DNA of 32,000 nt from an archaeon. Its GTDB lineage: Archaea; Iainarchaeota; Iainarchaeia; Iainarchaeales; 1-14-0-10-31-34. Below are positions 19,201 to 28,111 of this stretch, piece by piece. The first letter of the stretch is position 1. Each line of letters starts with the position of its first letter. Both the position numbers and the translations under genes were made by a program. The notes under the pieces are model-generated. The model was not told where the DNA came from and did no database searches. It saw only the letters and a list, made by a program, of their open reading frames with translations. The stretch lies in the NCBI GenBank assembly GCA_024277355.1, contig JAJRVL010000001.1, forward strand, positions 60,001-92,000, read 5' to 3'.

Positions 19201-20775
19201 ATGACCTCCAAAAGCTTTAATTACATTGTTAAAATGATCAGGAAAAGTTCTGATATTATTATAGCTTCCTTCATCTAAGTTTCTTAAAGCATAATACCAT
19301 AACCCGCTTCTTTTTGCTTTAGCAAACAGATGAGGCAAATCTGCATTTAATTCATCATCATAATGCCCTAATAATCTTGCCATTTTTCCGCCGTATTCTG
19401 CTCTTGCTGCTCTTCCTGCAGGAGTATCATGCCCAACTAAAGCAATTCTTTCTTGTAATTCTTTTTTTGCTCTTTGCGCATAAATGTCTGAAGTAGTTGT
19501 AAATCTCTTTAAGTCTTTTGCATATTTAACAAATTCTTTTTTGTTTTCAATTGGAATTTTTCCATTAGTAAACAAAGGGCTTGTCCTTGGATCCATATAT
19601 TTTGCTATTACAATAGAAGAATCCCCGCTTGAAGCCATTCCTTTAGTGTCAATTACTGCTTCAACAAAATCAGCATGGAAATTTGAAAACCCATCAAATT
19701 TTTCTTTTTGAGCTGAAATCCTTCCTCCTAATTTGTTTCCCCAAAAACTGTCATGACCAAAAAATTTTAACCTCATATTTTCAACAAACTTTGAGTTTTC
19801 AATGTCAGGCAAAAGGCTTCTTCCTAATAAACCTCTTCTTGAACTTAAACCAAATAATTTTTTTGCTCCACCCCATAAAGTTGGTGCGCCGGTCTGAATA
19901 ACCATATTAGCAGAAAACCATTGATTGAAATGCTTGTCAAAAAAAGAATACAAAGAAATCATACAAGAAGAATCCCTGCAGGTTGTTCCCATTGAAGCAG
20001 TAAATTCATCAACTAAAATACTGTTAGGCATATATTCTCCAGGAATTTTTTTTATTATTTGTCCTGCTAATTCATCCTGATCTTCACTGTTATAATAGTC
20101 TTCTAAAATTTGTTTTGTTTCATCAGGAAGTTCTTCTCCAATTTCTTTATCAGAAAAAATTCCTTTTAAATCCTTCCAGATTGAAACAAAATCCTCTTTA
20201 AATCCTTCTCCGTCAGTTCTTAAAGTTAAATTATTTCCCATTAAAGGACAGTTTTCTTCTTCATTTCTGCATTGGCCTACTCTTAAAGAATCATTTAATA
20301 ATAAACCCAAAGAATAAGCTCCAACATACCTGTTGTTTAACAAATAACTTATTTCATTAGGAGTTATTTCTTTATTTGGCAGTTCAATTTTTTGTGCTTC
20401 ATTTGAATCAGGAGAAACAAGCAAAGCAGTATTATTTTCTAAAATTCTTCTGTCTTTAACTGGGTCAGTTCCTGCACTTAATTCTTCTGCAGTAAAACCT
20501 TTCTCTAAAAGTTCTCTTTGAAAAGCTTCAACTTCTTCATCACTTAAAGATTCAGTTGAACAAGAAAAATTATTAATTAATTCTTCAGTTTCTTCTTCTG
20601 CAAAAAAAATAGTGGAAGGAGAAAAAGAATTATCACTTAAATTACTATTATCCTGTAAATCATTATTATTAACAGAAGAATTAATCTGATAATTCAAAGC
20701 AAAAGCAAAAGATGAATTAAAGACTAAGTAAACTACCAATAAAACCAAAAAATTATTTTTATTCAATTCATTCAC
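16249..20775 (-). CDS. Very large (1508 aa) predicted exported, C-terminally anchored protein of unknown fold; last gene of the pilus-like locus
   Basis: Long uninterrupted ORF; N-terminal signal-like NNFLVLLVVYLVFNSSFAFALNY; C-terminal TM IALLLFVLGLVSFMLFVQFNFKKN; abuts 20776-21312. Confidence 0.85.
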   Translation of the reverse strand: MNELNKNNFLVLLVVYLVFNSSFAFALNYQINSSVNNNDLQDNSNLSDNSFSPSTIFFAEEETEELINNFSCSTESLSDEEVEAFQRELLEKGFTAEELSAGTDPVKDRRILENNTALLVSPDSNEAQKIELPNKEITPNEISYLLNNRYVGAYSLGLLLNDSLRVGQCRNEEENCPLMGNNLTLRTDGEGFKEDFVSIWKDLKGIFSDKEIGEELPDETKQILEDYYNSEDQDELAGQIIKKIPGEYMPNSILVDEFTASMGTTCRDSSCMISLYSFFDKHFNQWFSANMVIQTGAPTLWGGAKKLFGLSSRRGLLGRSLLPDIENSKFVENMRLKFFGHDSFWGNKLGGRISAQKEKFDGFSNFHADFVEAVIDTKGMASSGDSSIVIAKYMDPRTSPLFTNGKIPIENKKEFVKYAKDLKRFTTTSDIYAQRAKKELQERIALVGHDTPAGRAARAEYGGKMARLLGHYDDELNADLPHLFAKAKRSGLWYYALRNLDEGSYNNIRTFPDHFNNVIKAFGGHPKYEFAGKTVRDYRPGTFANWSRYETAGDGLVLYRVKAGRPYGHIEPEELKHMVAKGETTELFAKMEGEGYLPVEEGSIDMILERSPPGPINLYTGGWVKDRVLEPWEMGDKLSGWATNRVQKTHMMSNQLWTSLRERNWAERKYFNAMDKVFANEERLANAYFRTVGGAAKYTAVPYVYWQAKRGFGVEELSAYMLPETWRTVNYSSGNEKLYDDSFIDFFANAGSDQGDLFSRVIDNMPWKYVLNVVSDKFNPVKEQYDRLTKPDGGLRTKVGNIAIYSNTSENCVNCGITLNSQSKNDFSAFFKSSNKTSSIVLEDTPKDEMENGATLINYAHHMDLKGQSPEGEPKDIKLAESIKEKLTCEDAIERVGYGVGFANEYGINPGNYLALVESAGYLAFGMGGAIGSAIQQFVVAAELQDCIDTTEGYYTHFFVPAVKEKESPKEDTVEYSTQKVANIIDNASAQMEEVLTGTGTITKDAVSNISRELDSLSGGAKSSDLVQATFDSFGFSRGMLTGIRLFYFWAEGGTQIDPAEYKTEGKTVMKGTNGQEVVSDNEKGKLIVDGKEILTSEDNVRMASTDLSIPAVEYPNDLTKVTLSGNPNELIFELKLSASGETADLIITDSGLLNCIKDGVKKQTGLPLNSNNLSEAFGKFRELKTTSHPSVFVQKGQIIAEGVPRKVAFNNPSLEVYADRSVKLLNSKDNDPEIGLVKAIYFDNGFILYKKSTNQLIFWLKHHENGKLEQNDVFGLKVNPKTEINSVTGCEEYAFDLSVLGDSESPLKQEKAKLFNKSLDKMGPFNIFKTDKKTYVFYEDKDCIKRMKIINNETGEIIYDDAIDSLTSTTDGFEVKTSDGQTHDFGFSTENGRPFLDYNGIKELLRTVNGKNGSLWYDPEKGMWYSENAQLLPLLDLFRQQGIKTTVDSEGNVKSIPGQNLMNININDKTANNPFNLPSMPEGIALLLFVLGLVSFMLFVQFNFKKN

Positions 20776-21312
20776 CTATGCAAAATAAAGGAGATAAAAC
20801 ACTCCGGGAACCACCCAAGGAATTAAAAACAAAACAATAAATAACCCTAACGCTGTAGCCATAAAACAGGCAAAAAAGAAATTAATGAATTTATTCAGAG
20901 AATTAAACTTTTTGCTGAAAAAATCAAAAGCAAAAGCTCCAACAAAAATTAAAGGCAAAACAAAAATAGAAAAAATTAATGAAACTATAATTAACTTAAT
21001 TAACACAGAAAAAAATAAATATAAAAATTCAGGCAAAGTCATCTTGTAAACTTCAGGAACTATTCCGACATCTACTCTTAAAAAAGCTTCAATTACAGGC
21101 CAGACAAAAAAAACCAGCAAAAGCAAAACAAAAACAAAAAAAGTGCTGATAAAAGATTTCTGAATCCATGTTAAATTAAATTTTTCAATAAATTTCTTTG
21201 AGAAAAAATAGCCAATTAAAAACAAGAAAAAAACAACAAATGAAATTAAAAAAGCTCCCCTAAAAAAATCAAAAGCAGAAAAAATTACATCTATTAAAAG
21301 ATTATAAGCCAT
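20776..21312 (-). CDS. Multi-TM hypothetical membrane protein
   Basis: 178-aa ORF with about four hydrophobic helices; stop directly abuts the start of the 1508-aa gene. Confidence 0.65.
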   Translation of the reverse strand: MAYNLLIDVIFSAFDFFRGAFLISFVVFFLFLIGYFFSKKFIEKFNLTWIQKSFISTFFVFVLLLLVFFVWPVIEAFLRVDVGIVPEVYKMTLPEFLYLFFSVLIKLIIVSLIFSIFVLPLIFVGAFAFDFFSKKFNSLNKFINFFFACFMATALGLFIVLFLIPWVVPGVFYLLYFA

Positions 21313-21365
21313 AACAAAAAATAAAGAGAAAACTAATATAAATAACTAATGCTTTTAATTATTCT

Positions 21366-22205
21366 ATGGAAAAGATCCCCAGAAGACTTAAAAGATTTCA
21401 CAGAAAAAAAGAAAAACCATTATTAGAGGAACTTAAAGGGTTAAGCGGGAAAAAACAAAAAAAATTCAATGAAAAAATGAAAATAGAAAAAGAAAATCCA
21501 GATAAAGTAGCAGAAGATTTATTTGAACAAATTAAAATTAAAGAAGAAAAAAAAGGCAAAAGACAAAAAGAAACAAAATCAAATTCAAAAAAAGAAAAAA
21601 ACAACAATTCTTATTCAAAAACCAAAGAAATTCCTTTATGGAAACAAAGAAGAATGCAAAGAATAGAAAAAACAGGAAAAAAAGAACCAGAAACAAAAAA
21701 AGAAAAAAAACCTGAACAAAAAAAAGCAAGAAAACATGGAAAAAAAAAAGAAACAAAAACAGAAGAAAAAAAAGAATTTTCTGAATTAGAAACAGAAACA
21801 AAAGAAATAGACATAAAAAACTTGTTTGGCGGGAAAAAAATTAAAAAAACAACAAATGAATTAAATGATTTGAATTTAGATTTAAATTTAGATGAAGAAA
21901 CAGATGAAACAGAAGTAAAAGAAGAAGAAAATAAACTTGAAGAATTAAATGAAAAAACAACAAATGAATTAAATGAAATTCAGGAATTAAATTTAGAAGA
22001 ACCTGAAGCAGTTGAAGAAATAAAAGAAGACACAAATGAAACAAAAGAAAAAAAATGTGTTAACTGCGGGCAAGAATTTAATGTATTAATTTTCTGTTCT
22101 AAATGTGGAAATGCATTCTGCGACAAATGTACTAAAATAAAACACCCTGAAGGAACAAAAACAAAATATGTTTGTCCTCACTGCGGAAATGTAGTAAAAA
22201 AATAA
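21366..22205 (+). CDS. Low-complexity K/E-rich protein with C-terminal zinc-ribbon/treble-clef-like domain
   Basis: Long charged region, then KKCVNCGQEFNVLIFCSKCGNAFCDKCTKIKHPEGTKTKYVCPHCGNVVKK with four CxxC pairs. Confidence 0.75.
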   Translation: MEKIPRRLKRFHRKKEKPLLEELKGLSGKKQKKFNEKMKIEKENPDKVAEDLFEQIKIKEEKKGKRQKETKSNSKKEKNNNSYSKTKEIPLWKQRRMQRIEKTGKKEPETKKEKKPEQKKARKHGKKKETKTEEKKEFSELETETKEIDIKNLFGGKKIKKTTNELNDLNLDLNLDEETDETEVKEEENKLEELNEKTTNELNEIQELNLEEPEAVEEIKEDTNETKEKKCVNCGQEFNVLIFCSKCGNAFCDKCTKIKHPEGTKTKYVCPHCGNVVKK

Positions 22206-22910
22206 TTAAGCTGAAACACATTTAAGTTTTTCAAAAACAGATTCTGTTTCATTAAAATCTTTCGGAGTCCATAAAACTAACTGAACTATTCCTTCTTTAG
22301 TTGAACCTGAAAGCAAAGGAAAAGAAATTGAAGAAACAGCCTGTCCTTGTGCTCCAACAAAAATAATAAAACTATCAATATCCTGCTGTGTAACACTATT
22401 ATCTGAATTACATAAATAATTTTTTTCTGTTACATCAACACTTTCAATAAAAATTCCGTCTTCATCATAAACAGAAGTAAATTCTTTTCTTGAAATAAAA
22501 AAATAAGGAAAACTAAAAGGAGTTGAATCCACCCTGATAAAAAAAAGATAATCAAAAGAATTTCTTACTGGTTTCATTACAGACTGAACTGACAAAGTTA
22601 AATCATTCTTGAAATAATCAATGTTTTCATTAAAAGCATAATCTTCTTTTATTGCAGCAATCAAAAAATCAACTTCAGCTTCATCTGAACTTATTGGAAA
22701 ATCATTTCTTGAAAAAGAAGAATATAAAATAGTTTTTAACGCACTAGTAGCATAATCTGAACCATATTTAGAAGTAGAATACTCCCCTACTGTTCTCCCA
22801 TACTGAGAAGAAAACAAAAACATAAATGAAACCAAAGACATAACAATAATTAAAAAAAATAAAGCATCAGTTACTGCTGCCTGTCCTTTTTGTTTTCTTA
22901 TTCTTTCCAT
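22206..22910 (-). CDS. Pilin-like protein (KGQ-type N-terminus)
   Basis: MERIRKQKGQAAVTDALFFLIIVMSLVSFMFLF: short basic leader, KGQ, then hydrophobic helix. Confidence 0.65.
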   Translation of the reverse strand: MERIRKQKGQAAVTDALFFLIIVMSLVSFMFLFSSQYGRTVGEYSTSKYGSDYATSALKTILYSSFSRNDFPISSDEAEVDFLIAAIKEDYAFNENIDYFKNDLTLSVQSVMKPVRNSFDYLFFIRVDSTPFSFPYFFISRKEFTSVYDEDGIFIESVDVTEKNYLCNSDNSVTQQDIDSFIIFVGAQGQAVSSISFPLLSGSTKEGIVQLVLWTPKDFNETESVFEKLKCVSA

Positions 22911-23419
22911 GCAACCACAATTAATTTAACCGGAATAACAATAGACTTCTCATTTCCTCTTCCATCAGTAAAATTTTTTTCCATAACTAAAGGATAAATT
23001 CTTGAAACAACTTTTGAATTCAAAGAAAAAGCTTTTTCCTGAGTTAAAGTTTCATTAGTATTAGAACACTTAAATAAATTTCCTCCATCAGGAATATACT
23101 CTGAATCCAAATCAAAAATATTTATTTCTTTATCTAATTCAGTTAAGCCTGCAGAAAAAAACGGCTGTCTTATATTTAATGCATTGCATGATTTTTCAAA
23201 TTCAGTTAAAGAAGAAACAAAACCTGTTCCCCTTAAAGAAGCAGAAATTTGAACAACCGCAATATCATTTTCAAAGTCTATAGTGCGGTCATTATAAGTG
23301 TTTACAGTCATATAAAAAGAAGAAAAGAAAATCACTAAAGCAAACATTAAAGGAATCAAAGAAGGAAGGTCATCTCCTATTGGCCCTAAATAACCTTTTT
23401 TATTTAACTGAAAGAACAA
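22898..23419 (-). CDS. Pilus-locus membrane/secreted protein with single N-terminal TM
   Basis: MFFQLNKKGYLGPIGDDLPSLIPLMFALVIFFSSFYM; overlaps neighbours on both sides. Confidence 0.6.
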   Translation of the reverse strand: MFFQLNKKGYLGPIGDDLPSLIPLMFALVIFFSSFYMTVNTYNDRTIDFENDIAVVQISASLRGTGFVSSLTEFEKSCNALNIRQPFFSAGLTELDKEINIFDLDSEYIPDGGNLFKCSNTNETLTQEKAFSLNSKVVSRIYPLVMEKNFTDGRGNEKSIVIPVKLIVVAWKE

Positions 23420-24021
23420 TTAAATCCAACTCCTGGTTTTACTTCTTCTCCTGCAAAACCTAAAAGAGTTTCACAGTCAGCTCCTCCTCTGTTGCTGCAA
23501 GGAATAACATAAACTTTTGTTTGTCCTGAAACAACTTCTTTCAAAATAACATAAGCATTAGAAGGAAAAGCTGCCTGAGGATCCAATAAAACATTTGAAT
23601 CATTAATTGAAGGATTTCTTGTTTTTAATTCCTGAAAATCAAAAAATTTTATTTCTGCTTCAACATCAAATGAAGCAGCAGCAATAAATTCTTCAGGAGT
23701 TTTTCTTGGAGCTAAAGCAAAAATTAATTTATTTAACCCATTATTTCCTTCAGCTTTTTTGATATTCATTACATAATATAATCCTCTTCCTGTGTTTCCT
23801 GCTGACGATTCAATTGAATCTTTTAAATAATGAATTTGAGCTGAACACAAAGAAGGAGAAGCAATTAAAGTAAAAGCATCCTGTGCATGAATTCTAATGT
23901 AATCCTGTGAAATATTTTCAATTAATACCTGAGAAAAACCAAAAATAAAAAACAAAATAATAGAAAAAACAGCAGTAACAAAAATCAGCAGATTAATTTT
24001 ACTTAAAGTAAAGCCAAGCAT
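23404..24021 (-). CDS. Pilus-locus membrane/secreted protein with single N-terminal TM
   Basis: MLGFTLSKINLLIFVTAVFSIILFFIFGFSQ N-terminal helix, cysteine-containing ectodomain; overlaps the downstream ORF by 16 nt. Confidence 0.6.
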   Translation of the reverse strand: MLGFTLSKINLLIFVTAVFSIILFFIFGFSQVLIENISQDYIRIHAQDAFTLIASPSLCSAQIHYLKDSIESSAGNTGRGLYYVMNIKKAEGNNGLNKLIFALAPRKTPEEFIAAASFDVEAEIKFFDFQELKTRNPSINDSNVLLDPQAAFPSNAYVILKEVVSGQTKVYVIPCSNRGGADCETLLGFAGEEVKPGVGFNCSFS

Positions 24022-24029
24022 TAATTCAC

Positions 24030-24572
24030 CTAATTTTTAATATAAGAACAAACAACCGGATAACTTATTGCAGGATTAGAATAATAAAGAAACTGATAGA
24101 CTCCTGCTTCCACTCCTTGATCAGAATCAATTTTTGCAGGACTATAATCAGGCATAACAGGGCATTGAGAAGGATGAGTATCAAAATTTCTGAATTGCGT
24201 GTCAAAACCAATATTAATACATTTATCCTGAATGCCAGTTACTTCATTTGTATTATATCTTAACAAAGTACAGCTGGAAGAAGAATTCAAGCATACTTGT
24301 GAACAAATTCTTGCTTCATCAATTCTTTTAATTACAAATTTTTCGTTTTTAGTGCATCCAGGCAAACTGAAATTTACATTTGATGGAGCTTTAATATTTG
24401 CAGTTTTTTCTACAGCTAACTTAAAGTCATTCATTAATTTTTCAGTGTCATTAAAGCATTTTTGTTTGTTTGCTTCATTCATTGCATTAACTCCAACAAT
24501 AATAACAAAAGTCATCAAAATTACTGCTACAAGAAGCTGAAACGGAGCTTCTTCTTGTCCTTTCTGAAACAA
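24030..24572 (-). CDS. Pilin-like protein (KGQ-type N-terminus)
   Basis: MFQKGQEEAPFQLLVAVILMTFVIIVGVNAM. TTG at 24572 has GGAGGT 7 nt upstream; the track uses an upstream TTG at 24587. Cysteine-rich ectodomain. Confidence 0.7.
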   Translation of the reverse strand: MFQKGQEEAPFQLLVAVILMTFVIIVGVNAMNEANKQKCFNDTEKLMNDFKLAVEKTANIKAPSNVNFSLPGCTKNEKFVIKRIDEARICSQVCLNSSSSCTLLRYNTNEVTGIQDKCINIGFDTQFRNFDTHPSQCPVMPDYSPAKIDSDQGVEAGVYQFLYYSNPAISYPVVCSYIKN

Positions 24573-24576
24573 GAAT

Positions 24577-24726
24577 TTAACCTCCAATTTTTTGTTGTAC
24601 CTGCTGGCTGTTATTGAACATTGGCTTAATTACAGTAATCAACAATAAAGCTGCAATAATCAAAACTATCAGCATGTAAACAGAATTCCATTCACTTTGA
24701 GCTTTTTGTTCTTTTAATAATTGCAT
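24577..24726 (-). CDS. 49-aa mini membrane protein, possibly a mini-pilin; absent from the supplied ORF track
   Basis: ATG at 24726: MQLLKEQKAQSEWNSVYMLIVLIIAALLLITVIKPMFNNSQQVQQKIGG*; stop lies just upstream of the proposed 24572 start, with the downstream gene's SD overlapping its final codons. Confidence 0.6.
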   Translation of the reverse strand: MQLLKEQKAQSEWNSVYMLIVLIIAALLLITVIKPMFNNSQQVQQKIGG

Positions 24727-24802
24727 AAACAAAATAACGTTAAAGAAATATTTAAAGGTTTTTAAAATAAAAAAAATAGAAAAGAATGAATTAATTCATT
24801 CT

Positions 24803-25333
24803 TTATTCATCAGATCTCATTAAAACCATTAAACAGGCTTTAAGTCCAGAAGGGAAATTGCATGAACTAGTGCTAAAATTTGTGTTTTTTAAGACAGCTG
24901 TATTATCAGTAATAAATGCATCATCTAACTGGCTTTGTGGAGCACAAATTCCTGCTAATTTAACTCTTACAGTTGAATCACCAGTATAAGTAATTAAACT
25001 TTGAGCTGAATTAACTGTAAACTCAGAACTTAAACTATCTGCTAAACCTAAACAAATTTGTTCATTATCTAATCCAATTTTATTTGCTAAAGCCGCAGCA
25101 CTAATACTGTTTTCTTTTTTAAAATCTAATTTCTTTGAAACTTTTTCAGTATAAGTTGATTTATCAATGTCATTCAATAAATTTTCTGCTGCTTTAGACG
25201 GGTCGGTGTTTGGATTAAAATCAATTATATTTAAAATCTGTAAAAGCAAAGTCAAAATTACAATTGCAACAATTGCAGAAATTAATAATTTAAATACACT
25301 AAATTCCTGTCCCTTTTGATTTAAGTTAAACAT
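24803..25333 (-). CDS. Pilin-like protein (KGQ-type N-terminus)
   Basis: MFNLNQKGQEFSVFKLLISAIVAIVILTLLLQIL; ATG at 25333 preceded by a GGTGAT Shine-Dalgarno (track extends to 25360). Confidence 0.72.
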   Translation of the reverse strand: MFNLNQKGQEFSVFKLLISAIVAIVILTLLLQILNIIDFNPNTDPSKAAENLLNDIDKSTYTEKVSKKLDFKKENSISAAALANKIGLDNEQICLGLADSLSSEFTVNSAQSLITYTGDSTVRVKLAGICAPQSQLDDAFITDNTAVLKNTNFSTSSCNFPSGLKACLMVLMRSDE

Positions 25334-25390
25334 TAAAAAATCACCAATAATAAAAAACACAATGAAATATTTAAAGGTTTAGTTTTAAGA

Positions 25391-25885
25391 TTAAGAATTA
25401 GCTGTAGAAGGATTAATTCCAAAAGAAGCTAAACAACAAAATTCACAGGAAGAATCACAATTTAAAGTATCAGAATACGAAGAAAAATTAATGTTTTCAG
25501 GCTGGCATAAAATATAGAAATCTGTCTGAGTTTTTCTTGTAAAAACAACAATGTTTTTTTGAGGAAAATTAGGGTATTCAATCCACGAAACATTATCAGG
25601 AATATCAAATTCAACACACTGCTCCTGAATATTTAATGTTTTAGAAAAAACAATTGAATTAAAAACAAAGTTTTTTGACAACAAAACATTTTTTGCAACA
25701 AAAACACTTCCATCAGGAGACTGCGCGGAATTTTTTACTTTCTGCTGTATTGCCTGAACACTTGAAGTAATTCTATTGTTGTCTAAAAAATCAATTAAAG
25801 AAAAAATAATAACCAAAATAGCTAACGCTAAAATTGCGCCAATTAAAATATTAAATACTTCAAATTCCTGTCCTTTTGAATTCAT
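25391..25885 (-). CDS. Pilin-like protein (KGQ-type N-terminus)
   Basis: MNSKGQEFEVFNILIGAILALAILVIIFSLIDF; ATG directly follows the TGA of the platform gene. Confidence 0.72.
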   Translation of the reverse strand: MNSKGQEFEVFNILIGAILALAILVIIFSLIDFLDNNRITSSVQAIQQKVKNSAQSPDGSVFVAKNVLLSKNFVFNSIVFSKTLNIQEQCVEFDIPDNVSWIEYPNFPQKNIVVFTRKTQTDFYILCQPENINFSSYSDTLNCDSSCEFCCLASFGINPSTANS

Positions 25886-28051
25886 TCAAGCAAAACCGCC
25901 TACAACAGTATTTGCAGCAATAATTGAAATAACAAAAACAATCAAAGCAATAGGCAAGGCCTTAGCAATTCTAAGCAAAGCTAAAACATCATTGTCTTCT
26001 TCTAATTTAGAAGTAAAATAAGTTAAAATTACAACAACTTCAATTACATATAAAGCAATAATTAAAGTAAATTGAGCTGGACTTACAAGTGAAGCAAAAA
26101 CTTCTGGATCCATTTTAAAACTTGAAACAGAAGAAGAAAACGCAGAAATTTGTTCACCTAAACCTGAACCTACTCCAGCTGAACCTAAATCAAGATTACC
26201 TAAACCATCATCTAATCCCCCTAAAGAACCAGATGAAACAATTGAACCCATTGAAACCGTTACAATTTTCTGCAAAGCAGTAGTAATTCCCAATACAATC
26301 GGTGCAATAAAAACAGCCATAGTAGTCATAGTTGAAGTAATATCCTTAACTAAAATTGAAAGCATTTTATTTACTTTCTCTGAATTATTCAATTGCATTG
26401 ACAAAGACATTAAAGTTCTAGCTGAAACTTCTACTCCCATTTTAACTGAATCAACTAATAATTTCATTGAACTTTGAATAATATTTGAAGGATTATTTTT
26501 TAGTGAACCATAATTTGGATCAAAAACTGCATTGCTTAAAGGCATTCCTAAAAGATTAATATTGTCAACTGTTTTGCCAAAAATTTTCTGGGAAATAACA
26601 TAATCAGGCAAAAAATTTTGAGCATGCCTTAAAGCTTCTTCTATTGGTTTATTTTCCCCCATACGGGAAGCAATGACATAAAGTGAATCCTTGAATTCAG
26701 ATTCCATTACCATTGTTTCTTCCTGAATTTTTCTTTTATAAACATTAGTAAAATTAAAGTAAATGAAAAACAAAAAAGCAAAAGTAATCAAAGAACCAAA
26801 AATTAAATTATAAGGAGTAGTGTCATTTTCAGGTATCATAAAAAACATTGTTTTTTCCAAAGAATTTTGTTTTACTGCTCTTTCCAAAACAATTCCCCTG
26901 CTGGTTTTCTGCTGAATGTTTCCGCCGTCTTCATCAAACCAGTCAGCAGGTTTATTTACTCTTTCTAAAACAAATTCAGGAGTCCTGTCAGGAGCCAAAA
27001 TAATTGTTTTTTCTCCATCTAAATCAAATACAATTCCATTGAAATGAAAAAACGCAGTACCTAAACTTCCTAAAATCAAAACAGCAAGCATTACAATTCT
27101 TAAGTCAACAAAATTTTTTCCTAACTGCATCTGGAATTTTTTTGGAAGAGAAGGATGATCATCAGGAATTATTGGGGGTTCGTAAGTTGGAGGCCTGTTT
27201 CTTAAAACATTTAAAGCAAACAATAAAGTTGCAGCAGGAATAAGAAAATTATAAATAAAAATTAAAATTTCAGGTTTAGCTAAACCCTGCCCTGAAAAAG
27301 CAGAACCAATAGGCAGAACAATAATTAAAATTAAAGGCAATAAAACTCCTAAATAAAATAAAACTACAGTTGGCTGAGATAATTCTCTTGCATACTGCTC
27401 CATTTTATTTTTAATGCTTTCTAAAGTTTGCTCCATTGTTTTATCTAAAATCTGATAACGTTTTGCTTCAGTGTCTTCTAAAACTGAAGCACGAATCATC
27501 ATCAAAGAAGTCTTGAATTCAGAAGAAAATTTTCCCCAGCTATAAGCCATGTCATCCAAGCCTTCACTTAAAGTTTTATATATTCCTAATTCAACATTCC
27601 AGATTACTCTTTTGAAGTCTTCAGAAATTTTTCCTCTGCCATGCAAAGCAGCAAACTCAACTGCTTTCTCTAAGTTTGGAACCAACTTCATTGACATAAT
27701 CATATAACCCATTATTTCAGGAACATAAGTCAATGAACGAACCTGCTCTAATTTTGCTTCATTTAACGGGAATTTTTGAACAAAATTTACAGCAACATAA
27801 ACAACCAGAATTAAAGGCACAAATAAATAAAAGTAAGCCATTAAAGGATCGCCGATAAAACCAACAATTAAATCAAATACTCCAAAAACAAAAGATAAAA
27901 CAAATAAAATAAAAGCAAAAAAAACTGAAGCAATCATTGAAAATTTAATTGCAGCAGAAAATTCTTCAGGCGTTAAATTCCAGTTTAAAAAATCAACTGC
28001 TTCTTTGTATTTCTGAGAAAATTTTGCTCCTTTTCCAAGAGAAGGAAACAT
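25886..28051 (-). CDS. Archaeal FlaJ/TadC-type platform protein with two apparent T2SSF-like domains
   Basis: 721 aa, polytopic; two cytoplasmic helical segments (LEKAVEFAALHGRGKISEDFKRVIWNVELGIYKTLSEGL... and FKDSLYVIASRMGENKPIEEALRHAQNFLP...) each followed by TM pairs. Confidence 0.82.
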   Translation of the reverse strand: MFPSLGKGAKFSQKYKEAVDFLNWNLTPEEFSAAIKFSMIASVFFAFILFVLSFVFGVFDLIVGFIGDPLMAYFYLFVPLILVVYVAVNFVQKFPLNEAKLEQVRSLTYVPEIMGYMIMSMKLVPNLEKAVEFAALHGRGKISEDFKRVIWNVELGIYKTLSEGLDDMAYSWGKFSSEFKTSLMMIRASVLEDTEAKRYQILDKTMEQTLESIKNKMEQYARELSQPTVVLFYLGVLLPLILIIVLPIGSAFSGQGLAKPEILIFIYNFLIPAATLLFALNVLRNRPPTYEPPIIPDDHPSLPKKFQMQLGKNFVDLRIVMLAVLILGSLGTAFFHFNGIVFDLDGEKTIILAPDRTPEFVLERVNKPADWFDEDGGNIQQKTSRGIVLERAVKQNSLEKTMFFMIPENDTTPYNLIFGSLITFAFLFFIYFNFTNVYKRKIQEETMVMESEFKDSLYVIASRMGENKPIEEALRHAQNFLPDYVISQKIFGKTVDNINLLGMPLSNAVFDPNYGSLKNNPSNIIQSSMKLLVDSVKMGVEVSARTLMSLSMQLNNSEKVNKMLSILVKDITSTMTTMAVFIAPIVLGITTALQKIVTVSMGSIVSSGSLGGLDDGLGNLDLGSAGVGSGLGEQISAFSSSVSSFKMDPEVFASLVSPAQFTLIIALYVIEVVVILTYFTSKLEEDNDVLALLRIAKALPIALIVFVISIIAANTVVGGFA

Positions 28052-28111
28052 TTTGAAAACTTTTTTACAAAAAGAAACAAACCAGATTGGTTTTCTTTTA
28101 ACTAATTTTAT

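Noticed and set aside
17306-19901. ORFs overlapping the 1508-aa gene (17306-17635, 17823-18026, 19484-19711, 19683-19901).
   Set aside because: Antisense or out-of-frame readings of a continuous 4.5-kb ORF; no domains recognised.
21398-22044. Four small minus-strand ORFs (21398-21607, 21538-21801, 21611-21814, 21841-22044) opposite the Zn-ribbon gene.
   Set aside because: Their F/L/S-rich translations are what the antisense of K/E-rich codons yields; the + strand ORF has coherent domain structure.
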